From positions 17,148-81,147 of the forward strand of contig MHKF01000006.1 of assembly GCA_001818315.1 (NCBI GenBank): a stretch of DNA of 64,000 bases, written 5' to 3'. Positions 27,943-38,000 of the stretch are shown in pieces; within the stretch, counting starts at the first letter, position 1, and the number at the start of each line of letters is the position of its first letter. The notes under the pieces are model-generated. The model ran no database searches and was not told where the DNA came from. It worked only from the letters and a program-made list of their open reading frames with translations. Source of the DNA: Candidatus Kerfeldbacteria bacterium RIFCSPLOWO2_02_FULL_42_19. GTDB lineage: Bacteria > Patescibacteriota > Patescibacteriia > HO2-48-17. A program made the translations under genes and the position numbers.

Positions 27943-29388
27943 TTACTTAACGTAGTGGAGCGGATTCACAGTGCGGCCATTAATGCGCACTTCAAAATGT
28001 AAGTGAGCCCCTGTTGAGCGACCAGTAGAACCTTGTTCGCCCAAGGTTTGGCCTTGATCTACAGATTGCCCAGTTTTTACATATGTTTTTTGCAAGTGAG
28101 CATAGAGCGTTTGTATTCCATCTCCGTGATTCACTACAACACGAATACCATAACCCCCGTCCCATCCAGCGGTAGCCACAACGCCACTGTCAGCAGCCCA
28201 CACCGCATCACCAAAACCGCCATCAATATCAATGCCGCTATGACGATAACCGAAATATTGACTGAGACGTTTCGCGCGAGTTGGCCAAATAAGGCCACTC
28301 TTTTTTTCTGAAGAACCAGCCGGGGCTTCATCATCGCTCAAAATTTCTCGGACACGTGCAAGACGTGATTTTGGTGCAGGAGGAGTAATCCGAGGTGTCG
28401 GAGGCGCAGGAGGTGTGCCATCAGGAATAATCAGAATATCACCTTCCCGAATCGCAGAGGCATTCGCGAGTGCATTATAATTTATAATCTCTTCTGCAGA
28501 TGCCGCATATTTTTTTGAAATCGATTCTATTGTGTCACCAGAGGTAATGCGATGTGAGACACCATCGCTGGGTAAAATAGTCAGCTTCTGTCCTGGTCGA
28601 ATCAAATCCTTGGTGCCAAGTTTGTTTTCCCACAGCAGCGTATGAGTCGTGATGCCATATTGCTCCGCAATTTCACTGGTAGTTTCACCTTCACTCACGA
28701 TGTGATATAAAATATCATCATATTGACGCGCGCCACCGGGAGTTGTTTCCGTCGTCGGAATATTTGTTTTTACGAGCGCTCCGCCAGTTTCCGCCACCTC
28801 CGTATCATTCACAATATCAAAATCAATATCATCAGCAAGATTCGGAGTTTTGTAAACTATGAAACCCGAAGTATCCACATACGAAGCAGGCGTTTCCTGC
28901 GTCTCAGCAGTTTCTATAATAAATTCGTTTTCGCCAGTCGTAAGAGTTGTCAAAAGACTTTTTTGTCCAACTGTTTCGGATTGAATTTCTTGCGCCCGAA
29001 GATTATGCGTCGCCACAGCGAGTGCAATCAAAATAAAGAGAGCATGAATCAGAAAACGATGCGTAGCAATATACAAAAAACGATTGTGATTAATAAAAAA
29101 TTTCACTTTAAATTTATGGCTGAGCGGCAGGTACAATTTATAAAATCGCAATAAAATATGCCTAAATAAAAATCTCCCTACAAAAAGCAAGGAGGCACGA
29201 AGGGTGATGGCATAGAGCAAGCTCAAGAATTGTTTGAGTAACGCGAAAAATTTCCATGTAAGGACGAGGAGGCGAACGAGAAATTTTTTAAGATGGTATA
29301 AAATAAAGGTTATCCCTTGTGAGTAGTCTAAGGTCGCTGACATATGCATGGGTTCGGAGTGAGAAAAAGCATATGCAAGTACCTCCAC
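27943..29388 (-). CDS. LysM-domain M23 family metallopeptidase, membrane-anchored
   Basis: Two LysM repeats are present (YHIVSEGETTSEIAEQYGIT... and HRITSGDTIESISKKYAASAEEIINYN). The C-terminal M23 domain is HSGIDIDGGFGDAVWAADSGVV...YGIRVVVNHGDGIQTLYAHL...GSTGRSTGAHLHFEV. Confidence 0.8.
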   Translation of the reverse strand: MEVLAYAFSHSEPMHMSATLDYSQGITFILYHLKKFLVRLLVLTWKFFALLKQFLSLLYAITLRASLLFVGRFLFRHILLRFYKLYLPLSHKFKVKFFINHNRFLYIATHRFLIHALFILIALAVATHNLRAQEIQSETVGQKSLLTTLTTGENEFIIETAETQETPASYVDTSGFIVYKTPNLADDIDFDIVNDTEVAETGGALVKTNIPTTETTPGGARQYDDILYHIVSEGETTSEIAEQYGITTHTLLWENKLGTKDLIRPGQKLTILPSDGVSHRITSGDTIESISKKYAASAEEIINYNALANASAIREGDILIIPDGTPPAPPTPRITPPAPKSRLARVREILSDDEAPAGSSEKKSGLIWPTRAKRLSQYFGYRHSGIDIDGGFGDAVWAADSGVVATAGWDGGYGIRVVVNHGDGIQTLYAHLQKTYVKTGQSVDQGQTLGEQGSTGRSTGAHLHFEVRINGRTVNPLHYVK

Positions 29389-29547
29389 TACTTTTAAAAG
29401 ACCTTTAGTTAAAGAAGTGTACCCATGCTAGCATCCAAGATAATCTCCGTCAATAAAACGGAGTGGAAGAAAGCAGTTTTGAAGCTAAGATAAGATAAAT
29501 TCCTTATGATATTGGCTAAAATAAGCTAAAAATTATATACTTCCTCT

Positions 29548-31998
29548 ATGCGTATGTATTTTCCACAAGATATAGAACCGAAATGGCAGAAACAATGGCA
29601 CGAACGCCAAGTCTTTCGAGCGCATGATGAAAAAAAACGAAAGTTTTACTGCTTGGACATGTTTCCATACCCCTCAGCAGAAGGTCTGCATGTTGGACAC
29701 CCTGAAGGATATACGGCTACGGATATTGTTAGTCGGTATAAACGAATGCGCGGATATAACGTTCTGCATCCTATGGGTTGGGACGCTTTTGGGTTACCAG
29801 CAGAGAATTTTGCTATAAAAAAAGGTATTCATCCAAAAATTTCCACACAGGCGAATATCAAAAATTTTCGGCGACAAATTCGATCATTTGGTTTTAGCTA
29901 CGATTGGGAACGGGAGATCGATACTTCTACGCCTGCGTACTATCGATGGACGCAATGGATGTTTTTACAAATGTATCGAAACAAGTTGGCATATCGTAAG
30001 AAGGCATTAGTGAATTGGTGCAATAGTTGCCAGACAGTGCTTGCAAATGAGCAAGTCGCAAGCGGCACCTGCGAACGCTGTCATAACCAAGTGATACAAA
30101 AAGAACTCGAACAATGGTTTTTGAAAATCACCGCCTATGCTGATGAACTGATCGACGATCTCAAGGAACTTGACTGGCCTGAAAAAATTAAAACTATCCA
30201 GCGGAATTGGATTGGTAAAAAAGAAGGCCTCCTCATGTGGCATGCTATTCAGGGGATGAAAGACACACTCGAGACTTTTACAGCTTATCCTGCTTGGGTC
30301 TATGCAGATACTTTTATTGTGATTGCACCAGAACATCCACTCGTAGAAAAAATCATCCAGGGAACGTCGAAGACAAAAACTCTACAGAAGTATATTCAAA
30401 AACTCAGAAATGACCGTGCAGGCGGTGCGCGAAATATCGTGACAAATGAAAAAGAAGGTATGTTTACTGGGCGATATGCTCTCGATCCTCTAACGAGCCA
30501 GGAGATGCCGATTTGGATAGCGAATTTTGCGCTTATGGATTTTGGGACAGGCGCCATTCGCTGTTCAGCGCATGATCCACGCGATTATGAATTTGCACAG
30601 AAGTACAATATTCCGCTTCGTGAAGTTGTGGATCGCGTTGGTGATAATCCAGTGAATGCGCACAAAAATAATGGGACGCTGAAAAATTCCGTCCAGTTTA
30701 CAGGCATGAACGTGACAGCAGCGAGTGTTGCGATTATGGATTTTGCAGAAAAACAAGGTTTTGGAAAACGACATACAACATATAAACTCCGCGACTGGCT
30801 GATTTCGCGACAACGCTACTGGGGCGCGCCGATTCCTATCATCTATTGTGATACGTGCGGGCCTGTAGAAGTGCCAGAAAAAAATCTACCAGTGCTTTTG
30901 CCTGATGATGTTGATTTTAAACCTACTGGAAAATCACCCCTCATGTACTCACAATCGTTTCATAAAGTAATATGCCCGCAATGTAATAAGTCGGCACGAC
31001 GAGAATCCGATACAATGGATACCTTCGTATGTTCTTCTTGGTATTTTTTACGTTACACAGATCCTCAAAACGCAACCGCCTTTGCTGACGCGAAAAAAAT
31101 GAAACACTGGATGCCAGTCGATCTCTACGTTGGAGGGGTTGAACACGCTGCGATGCATCTGCTGTACGCACGGTTTTTTACCAAAGCTTTGCGTGACTTC
31201 GGATATGTGAATTTTAACGAACCGTTTCGTTCGCTTCGCAATCAAGGTTTTATTTTAGGCGAAGATAATCAGAAAATGTCAAAATCTCGAGGCAATGTTG
31301 TGAATCCCGATGAAGTGATAGAAGCATACGGCGCCGATAGTATGCGCCTGTCTGAAATGTTTATGGGTCCTTTTGAAGATACGAAACCTTGGAGTATGCA
31401 AGGTATCAAAGGTTTGTATCGTTTTTTACAACGAATCTATGGACTCTTCGAGAAAATAGAAAAAGAAAGTGCGCCGTCAAAAATACAAGAAAATAAAAAT
31501 CGCAAGAAGATCAAAAAGGACTTAGAAGAATCCGCAGTCGATGCGCAATTGCATATGACCATCCGAAAAGTCACTAACGACATAGAATCTTTTCGTTTTA
31601 ATACAGCGATCAGTAGCATGATGATTTTTGTGAATGTGTTGAGTAAGCAGAAGACGATTTCGCAATCAAGTTTCGAACAATTTTTGAAAATACTCCATCC
31701 ATTTGCACCTCATATTACTGATGAATTGTGGTCAGAGCTCGGACATGACACACTGATTATGGAAACAGCGTGGCCATCATTCGATGTAAAACTCCTACAA
31801 AATAATTTCGTTACGATCGCCGTGCAAATGAACGGAAAATTACGAGCGACGATGCAAGTCGCGCGCAACACAACAAGCGCGCAGCTCGAACTCCTTGCCA
31901 AGCAGCACGAAAAAATACATAAAATTATACAAGGGCAAAAAATGAAAAGAATTATTGTGGTTCCAGGGAAAATCGTGAACATTGTGACAGAATCATGA
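29548..31998 (+). CDS. leuS: Leucyl-tRNA synthetase
   Basis: The HIGH motif is PYPSAEGLHVGHPEGYTATD, the KMSKS motif is KMSKSRGN, and a CP1 editing domain is present. The 816-aa length is typical. Confidence 0.9.
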   Translation: MRMYFPQDIEPKWQKQWHERQVFRAHDEKKRKFYCLDMFPYPSAEGLHVGHPEGYTATDIVSRYKRMRGYNVLHPMGWDAFGLPAENFAIKKGIHPKISTQANIKNFRRQIRSFGFSYDWEREIDTSTPAYYRWTQWMFLQMYRNKLAYRKKALVNWCNSCQTVLANEQVASGTCERCHNQVIQKELEQWFLKITAYADELIDDLKELDWPEKIKTIQRNWIGKKEGLLMWHAIQGMKDTLETFTAYPAWVYADTFIVIAPEHPLVEKIIQGTSKTKTLQKYIQKLRNDRAGGARNIVTNEKEGMFTGRYALDPLTSQEMPIWIANFALMDFGTGAIRCSAHDPRDYEFAQKYNIPLREVVDRVGDNPVNAHKNNGTLKNSVQFTGMNVTAASVAIMDFAEKQGFGKRHTTYKLRDWLISRQRYWGAPIPIIYCDTCGPVEVPEKNLPVLLPDDVDFKPTGKSPLMYSQSFHKVICPQCNKSARRESDTMDTFVCSSWYFLRYTDPQNATAFADAKKMKHWMPVDLYVGGVEHAAMHLLYARFFTKALRDFGYVNFNEPFRSLRNQGFILGEDNQKMSKSRGNVVNPDEVIEAYGADSMRLSEMFMGPFEDTKPWSMQGIKGLYRFLQRIYGLFEKIEKESAPSKIQENKNRKKIKKDLEESAVDAQLHMTIRKVTNDIESFRFNTAISSMMIFVNVLSKQKTISQSSFEQFLKILHPFAPHITDELWSELGHDTLIMETAWPSFDVKLLQNNFVTIAVQMNGKLRATMQVARNTTSAQLELLAKQHEKIHKIIQGQKMKRIIVVPGKIVNIVTES

Positions 31999-32603
31999 AG
32001 ATTCTCACTGTTACGCTGAGTAAGATTGCCAACAAGGCTCTGACAGAAGCCGTGAGTATTTTACAAAAAGGAGGGGTGGTGATCTATCCGACCGAAACAG
32101 CCTATGCGCTTGGCGCTGATGCAACCAATATCAGGGCAATTGAAAAAATAAAAAAGATCAAAACACGGCCGCGCGGCAAGCCTCTTGCGCTTATTGTGGC
32201 AAATTTTGCCATGGCAAAAAAATACGGCTTTTTCGACGCGCGCGCAAGAAGCTTTGCGAAAAAATTTTGGCCAGGTCCAGTAACATTGATTGTAAAACGC
32301 ACATCAGCATTGCCAAAAGAAGTTGCGGGAATATACATTGGGATGCGTATGTCAGAACTCGCGTGGGCGCAGAAACTCACGAAACACTTAGGAAAACCTA
32401 TCATCAGCACGAGTGCAAATCGATCTGGAGCGTCGACACTTTACAGCGCGCGGCGTGCGCGGAAAGAATTTCAGGTAGCTCCTATGCAACCCGATCTCAT
32501 GCTCGATGCCGGCACACTTCCAAAAAGAAAACCTTCGGCAATCGTGCATCTTGGTTTCAAAAATATTCGCATTCTCCGCAAGGGCACTATCAAAGTATTC
32601 TGA
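31995..32603 (+). CDS. tsaC: L-threonylcarbamoyladenylate synthase (YrdC/TsaC/Sua5 family)
   Basis: It carries VVIYPTETAYALGADATN plus the KxR...SxN boxes (KIKTRPRGKPLALIVAN and ISTSANRSG). The start overlaps the leuS stop. Confidence 0.8.
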   Translation: MKILTVTLSKIANKALTEAVSILQKGGVVIYPTETAYALGADATNIRAIEKIKKIKTRPRGKPLALIVANFAMAKKYGFFDARARSFAKKFWPGPVTLIVKRTSALPKEVAGIYIGMRMSELAWAQKLTKHLGKPIISTSANRSGASTLYSARRARKEFQVAPMQPDLMLDAGTLPKRKPSAIVHLGFKNIRILRKGTIKVF

Positions 32604-32718
32604 TATAAAAGAAATTGCTGAGCTTCCATCAATCAGATTTGACTTTTTTACTTTCGCAAAGTAAAAAAGTCAGGTCGACAGAGACAAGAATTATGGGAAA
32701 AGTCATAATCAAAGCCTT

Positions 32719-33552
32719 ATGTACTCAGTGACAGAAGTAAAATTTCTTTGTAAAAAATACGGTATCACCCCAATGCGTGAACGAGGGCAGCATTTTCTTA
32801 TCGACCAATCAGTGCTCAGAACTATAATTCAGTCAGCGCACTTAAGTCCACATGATCGTGTACTTGAAGTAGGAGCTGGATTTGGACAGCTTACTCTTGC
32901 ACTGCTTGATGCAGGAGCACAAGTCTGGGCTGTTGAATCAGATGCAAAGTTCATGAGCGCACTCCAGAAAATACAAACGCAGCATGCGCCACACACATCA
33001 GCATCACACCTCACACTTATTCACAAAGATATCCGCAAATTGAATATCTCAGAGCTCGTCAACGAGTCGCATTATACAGTCGTTTCCAATCTGCCATATA
33101 ACATTACTTCATGGTTTTTACGCATGATGCTGGAACAAAAAAATAAACCAATATCCATGACGCTGCTCCTTCAGAAAGATGTTGCCGAACGCATCGTTGC
33201 GCAACCAGGGCACATGAGTTTACTCGCTCTTTCGGTGCAATATTATGCTCGGCCAAAGATTATTCGCATAGTATCCAAAGCAAGTTTTTGGCCGAAACCA
33301 GAGGTTGATTCGGCGATCATACATTTTGCAAATATTCACGAACTCAATTTCGCATACGAAAAAAAACTTTTTCAAATCGCGCGCATTGCGTTTGCTGGAA
33401 AACGCAAGCAACTCTGTAATTCACTTTCCGCAGGACTCCAGAAAAACAAAAACGAAATCACAGCAATCTTAAAGTCCGTGCATATTAAACCAACGCAAAG
33501 GCCACAAGAACTATCGCTGCAGCAATGGAAATTGCTCGCAGAAAACCTTTGA
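32719..33552 (+). CDS. rsmA: 16S rRNA (adenine1518/1519-N6)-dimethyltransferase RsmA/KsgA
   Basis: It has GQHFLIDQSVL, the SAM motif VLEVGAGFGQLT, and the VSNLPYNITS catalytic loop. Confidence 0.85.
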   Translation: MYSVTEVKFLCKKYGITPMRERGQHFLIDQSVLRTIIQSAHLSPHDRVLEVGAGFGQLTLALLDAGAQVWAVESDAKFMSALQKIQTQHAPHTSASHLTLIHKDIRKLNISELVNESHYTVVSNLPYNITSWFLRMMLEQKNKPISMTLLLQKDVAERIVAQPGHMSLLALSVQYYARPKIIRIVSKASFWPKPEVDSAIIHFANIHELNFAYEKKLFQIARIAFAGKRKQLCNSLSAGLQKNKNEITAILKSVHIKPTQRPQELSLQQWKLLAENL

Positions 33553-33933
33553 GCCACCATCATAACGTGGATGCTCAAAGAACATAATCCTTTCTTCTGC
33601 TACGTAAGAAAGAATATCCTGTGCGAAAATCAGCGCAAGCATCGCGAGGCAGAGCACCTTATATGTCATCCACGCAAGGAAAAGATAGAAAAATAACATT
33701 GCAGTCAAGAGCAAAATCACAGTGCACCTTCCTTCCTTCCTGATTTATCTCAAACGTTTATGGAAAAGAACTTTGATATGAAAACAAATTACTGAATTTA
33801 TGTCAAGTTGACAGATATTCGAAAAAATTTTTTAACATCAACCTATCCATTAATCATACCCAATGCTTTAAAAAATTGCGACGGCTTTCAGAAAGTGCTA
33901 TAATAAATTTAAGTTTTCCACAAGTTTCATCTT

Positions 33934-35022
33934 TTGAACAAATCATCATTCCAAGGGGACAGAGTTCAAAACAATATGCAAAAACTCGACCTCAGTCATC
34001 CGCAGAATCCGTTGGAGCAACATGAGGATACTCCAACAGAAGCGGTAGCAAAAGAAACTATCAAACAAAAAGCAAGTCTTTGGGTTTTTATAGTCATTGC
34101 GCTTCTCACACTCATTTTGGGAAGTGCGAGTATTTATAAGCAGCTGACAGGTCCCTTTCAGCCGCAACTCAAGAATAGTAATCAATCAGCTGTCGTACTC
34201 GGAAAATCTGAACTTGAGAAATTACAAGAATTAAAAACGAAAGACACCGATAGTGATACATTGAATGATTACGATGAGCTCTATGTGTACGACACAAGTC
34301 CCTATTTAGCGGATTCGGATAGTGATAATGCAAGTGACGCGGAAGAACTGAAAGAAGGGCAGAATCCAAATTGTCCGCAAGGCACCATTTGTGATCAACC
34401 AAGAAAAAGCGATACACCCGCAACAAATTCAGGAGTAACCCCCCCCAGTGCACCTAGCAATACAATAACTCCCAGCATTCCAACGAACGCAGCTCCAGCG
34501 ACGAACACAGGCACAGCAAATCAAACTGCAGATACAGGACAGAATCAGCCAAGCATCACAGCCGACATCATTCGTCAAACGCTTAAAAATGCAGGCGCGC
34601 CGGCTGAATCAGTGGACGCGATGAGCGACGAAGCACTCCTTACGCTCTACGAAGAAACAGTCAAAGAAACGGGCTACAGTGGCACGACGACACCAGTCAA
34701 TAGCGCGAGCGACGATTTTGTTCCAGATGAAGTGGAAAACGCTTATAGCGACCTTCTTGTAGATACCGAAAGTCCCTACGGAGCGCTCGGTGAAGTATCA
34801 GCAGAAACACTGGAGCAATTGAAAAATCTTCCGCCAGAAGAGATTCGAAAACTTCTGATACAGCTTGGTGGCGAAGAAACGTTTATCCAGACGATCGATG
34901 ACGCGACGCTTCAGTTTATTTTTTTGCAAGCTATCGAAGAAATTATTCAATCGCAAAGCAAACCAAGCACAAGTGCAAACGCGAATACAAATTCAGGGTC
35001 AGTCAACACCAATCAAAAATAA
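33934..35022 (+). CDS. Membrane-anchored protein with TSP3-like acidic Ca-binding repeats and a T/P/N/A-rich low-complexity tail. It is the first gene of the large operon.
   Basis: It has a single TM helix (LWVFIVIALLTLILGSASIY). DTDSDTLNDYDE and DSDSDNASDAEE follow the DxDxD spacing of thrombospondin type-3 and calcium-binding repeats. The C-terminal half is low complexity (APSNTITPSIPTNAAPATNTGTANQT...). The start may be the internal Met at 33976. Confidence 0.5.
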   Translation: MNKSSFQGDRVQNNMQKLDLSHPQNPLEQHEDTPTEAVAKETIKQKASLWVFIVIALLTLILGSASIYKQLTGPFQPQLKNSNQSAVVLGKSELEKLQELKTKDTDSDTLNDYDELYVYDTSPYLADSDSDNASDAEELKEGQNPNCPQGTICDQPRKSDTPATNSGVTPPSAPSNTITPSIPTNAAPATNTGTANQTADTGQNQPSITADIIRQTLKNAGAPAESVDAMSDEALLTLYEETVKETGYSGTTTPVNSASDDFVPDEVENAYSDLLVDTESPYGALGEVSAETLEQLKNLPPEEIRKLLIQLGGEETFIQTIDDATLQFIFLQAIEEIIQSQSKPSTSANANTNSGSVNTNQK

Positions 35023-35027
35023 AAACC

Positions 35028-38000
35028 ATGCAAGTAAACGATGCAAGAAAAAACAAAAAATACACTCGCGCTCACTTAGGCTGGAAGAAGATGCTTTTCA
35101 TGTCGGTATTTACATTGGGAGTCTTGCTACAAAGTTTTATGATAGCAAGACCTGTCTTCGCCCAGGGTTTCATTGGTGACCCATTTTTTGATCCGCACGG
35201 GTTTACTCCTGCCGAAGAAATTAACTATACTGCTGTCGAACCACCGGGAGGAGGTCTTCCAGTAGCAGTGACAGTGGACACTCCTGGGTTCTTCCGAAGA
35301 ATCATGGATAAGATTGCGACGATAGCAAAAACAATATATGAAAAAGCTGGACGCGCCGCAGTGAAGGGCATGATCAGGGTAGTCTTGACGAAAGTTGCGT
35401 ATGAGACGGCTGTGTGGATCGCTTCGGGAGACAATAAGCAGAAACCGTTGCTTTTTACAAGTCAATGGGATGAATATCTGGAAGATGCTGGTGACGCAGC
35501 ATTAGGTGAGGCGTTCCAAACACTCGCCATGAAAAATGGATATCTACGATTCAATGTCTGTGATCCTTTTGATAATCGTGTGAACCTCGCGATTCAGTTG
35601 GGATTAGATTTTGCTACCGGTAGGCCGCAAAAACCGCAGTGTACTTTTAAAGAAATGCGCGAACGCTGGTCCGAAGTGAGAGATGATCCAGCAGCACAAA
35701 AGAAATTCCTTAGTAATTTCAAAGTCTCTTGGGACATTGAGCAAAATGACATCGGTCAATTTTTATCATTGCAAACAACGTTCCTTGCAACTCAGGCACA
35801 AAAAGAAAAATCAGCACAATTGCAAAGACAGGCATCCGATCCCTTTAAAGACGTGACTGGAAAAATTTCGCAGTTCATCGAAACGCCAGCACAAGTCGTT
35901 GCAGGAGTACAAAAGGACGCATTTGAAAAATCTTCCAATGAATTCTTGGTACTTGTAGGTGACCCAGCAGCGGATGCGCTTGGTGTTTTTACAAGCACAT
36001 TGATGTCAAAACTTTTAGCTCGCATCAAAGGTGGAGTGTATAGCTTTGGAGATCTTGTCAGAGAAGATTACCGTAATGAACAAGGCGGTTTCGTCGATGC
36101 AACTGCGTTTGCTCCTGCTGGAGGTGGATCGGGGCTCTTTAATCCATCGGGTGCTTCGGCTCCAGGAGTCGCCGCAGCCGAAGCGCATTACGCAAGTATT
36201 GCGGATATCAGCTTTTCAAGTGGCGACGAATTTCAGGTGCTCGCGGATCTCGTCGCGTGTCCATCCGAAGGCGCGCAAGCGATTAACTGTACGATCGACG
36301 AAAAATTTCGCATCGCGATTAACGACCGACTTACGGTGCGTGAAGCGCTCGATCAAAAACTTTTAGATGGTAAGAAACCGTTTGGGTTTGGAACGCAGGG
36401 ACAGCCGATTCCCAATGTGCGTGATGGATATTCATATCGCAGCGTCATTGTGCTCCAACGCTATCTCATCGTACCGGTTGGTTGGAAGATCGCCGCGGAA
36501 TACATCCGTGATTTTAATCCCGGAAATTTCACTTTAACTGATCTTGTATCAGCGTATGATAAATGCGGTCCAGATAATTACTCTCCTTTCTGCGGACTCG
36601 TTGATCCTGATTGGGTTCTGAAAGCGCCGGCAAACTATTGTCGTAAGCAAGGTTTCGGCAATCCAGTCGCAAAAGGTGAATACGTCGATCAGGATGGGAA
36701 TCCAGCAACACCGAGAAAGCCTTTTATCGTCCGGCAAGAAATCTGCGTGGACGACCAATCGTGTATTCAGGAAAATCCAGACGGCACATGTCGCGCGTAT
36801 GGATACTGCACGGAACAAAAGCGCATCTGGCGATTCGTTGGAGAACGCTGCGAGCCAGCCTATAACACTTGCCGCACGCTGACAGATACCGCAACAGGGC
36901 AACGCGCGTCCTTGCTTTTGAACACTGTAAACTTTAATGATTGTAGTCGTGATGTAGCCGGTTGTCAGTGGCTGTGTCAAGTATTTAATCCATTAGATAA
37001 CGACTGGCAGTGCGCTGGCAACGGGGTCGTCTATCCGACGTGCGACGCTGCACATGATCCGGATGGCGATGGCAACTGCGATGGAACCACAGGAGGGGCA
37101 ACATGCGCAACAAATCCGTGTGCAATAGAATCAGGCCGTTTTCGTTGTCAGAATACAGACGATGAGATATGTTACCTGAATCCAGAAAGCGATAATCCTC
37201 GGGAGTTTAACGACGCAAGTATCAGTTTAGACCGTGATGCGCCGAACTGTGACAGTAAAAATGCCGGCTGCGAAAAGTTTATCAGCACTCGTAATGGCAC
37301 GAATCTCATCAATAACCCGAGTTTCGAATACTTTGCCGATAATCCATTAGACCCACAGCCGTTGACATTCTCATCAGAAGGTGCGGGCGATGTTTTAAAT
37401 GACAACGACGCCGATGTGTTTGGATTTTGCGATGGTCGCGGTGGAGACACACACGCGTGCGATGATGATAGTGATTGCGCTGGTGAATGCGTCGGCTGGC
37501 AATCATTCGGAGCGCCCATTGTGCTCGGCGTTTCCGATCCTGTGGCGCGTGGACAAGTTGCAGTGAAATTTGTGGGTACTAATGATGCAGAAGCAGACAC
37601 ACTCATGTACGAATACGAAAGTAATACCGAACTTGCGAATCGTTCGTTTGACTTGAGTTTTCGTTACCGAAAAACAGGAGGAGGAGGAGCTTGTACAGTA
37701 AAATTGAAATATAACACCGATCAAGATTCAGATATTGCCACTAAAACTTTAGCAGTCAATGAAAGTTGGACAGAAGAAAAATGGAGCACAGATCAACTCA
37801 TAACACTTCCAAATACTCGGCAATGTTATGGTGGAAATGACGGGAGTCCTTGTACGAGAAACAGTGAGTGCGGCGGCGGGGTCTGCCGCAGCGATACTTC
37901 ACTGGAGATTCGTATTGGTGTCGAACCGGCAGGGTGCGAACTCTTGATCGACGAAGTAAAACTTGAAGAAATCAAACCTCTTAATTTCGAAAGTGCAACC

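Noticed and set aside
29389-29547. Possible T-box leader upstream of leuS
   Set aside because: No T-box consensus (AGGGUGGNACCGCG) and no specifier/antiterminator arrangement was seen in the 160-bp leader.
33511-33720. 69-aa hydrophobic minus-strand ORF overlapping the 3' end of rsmA
   Set aside because: It overlaps a well-supported gene on the opposite strand and has no motif or conservation evidence. A small membrane protein cannot be excluded, but nothing in the sequence supports one.
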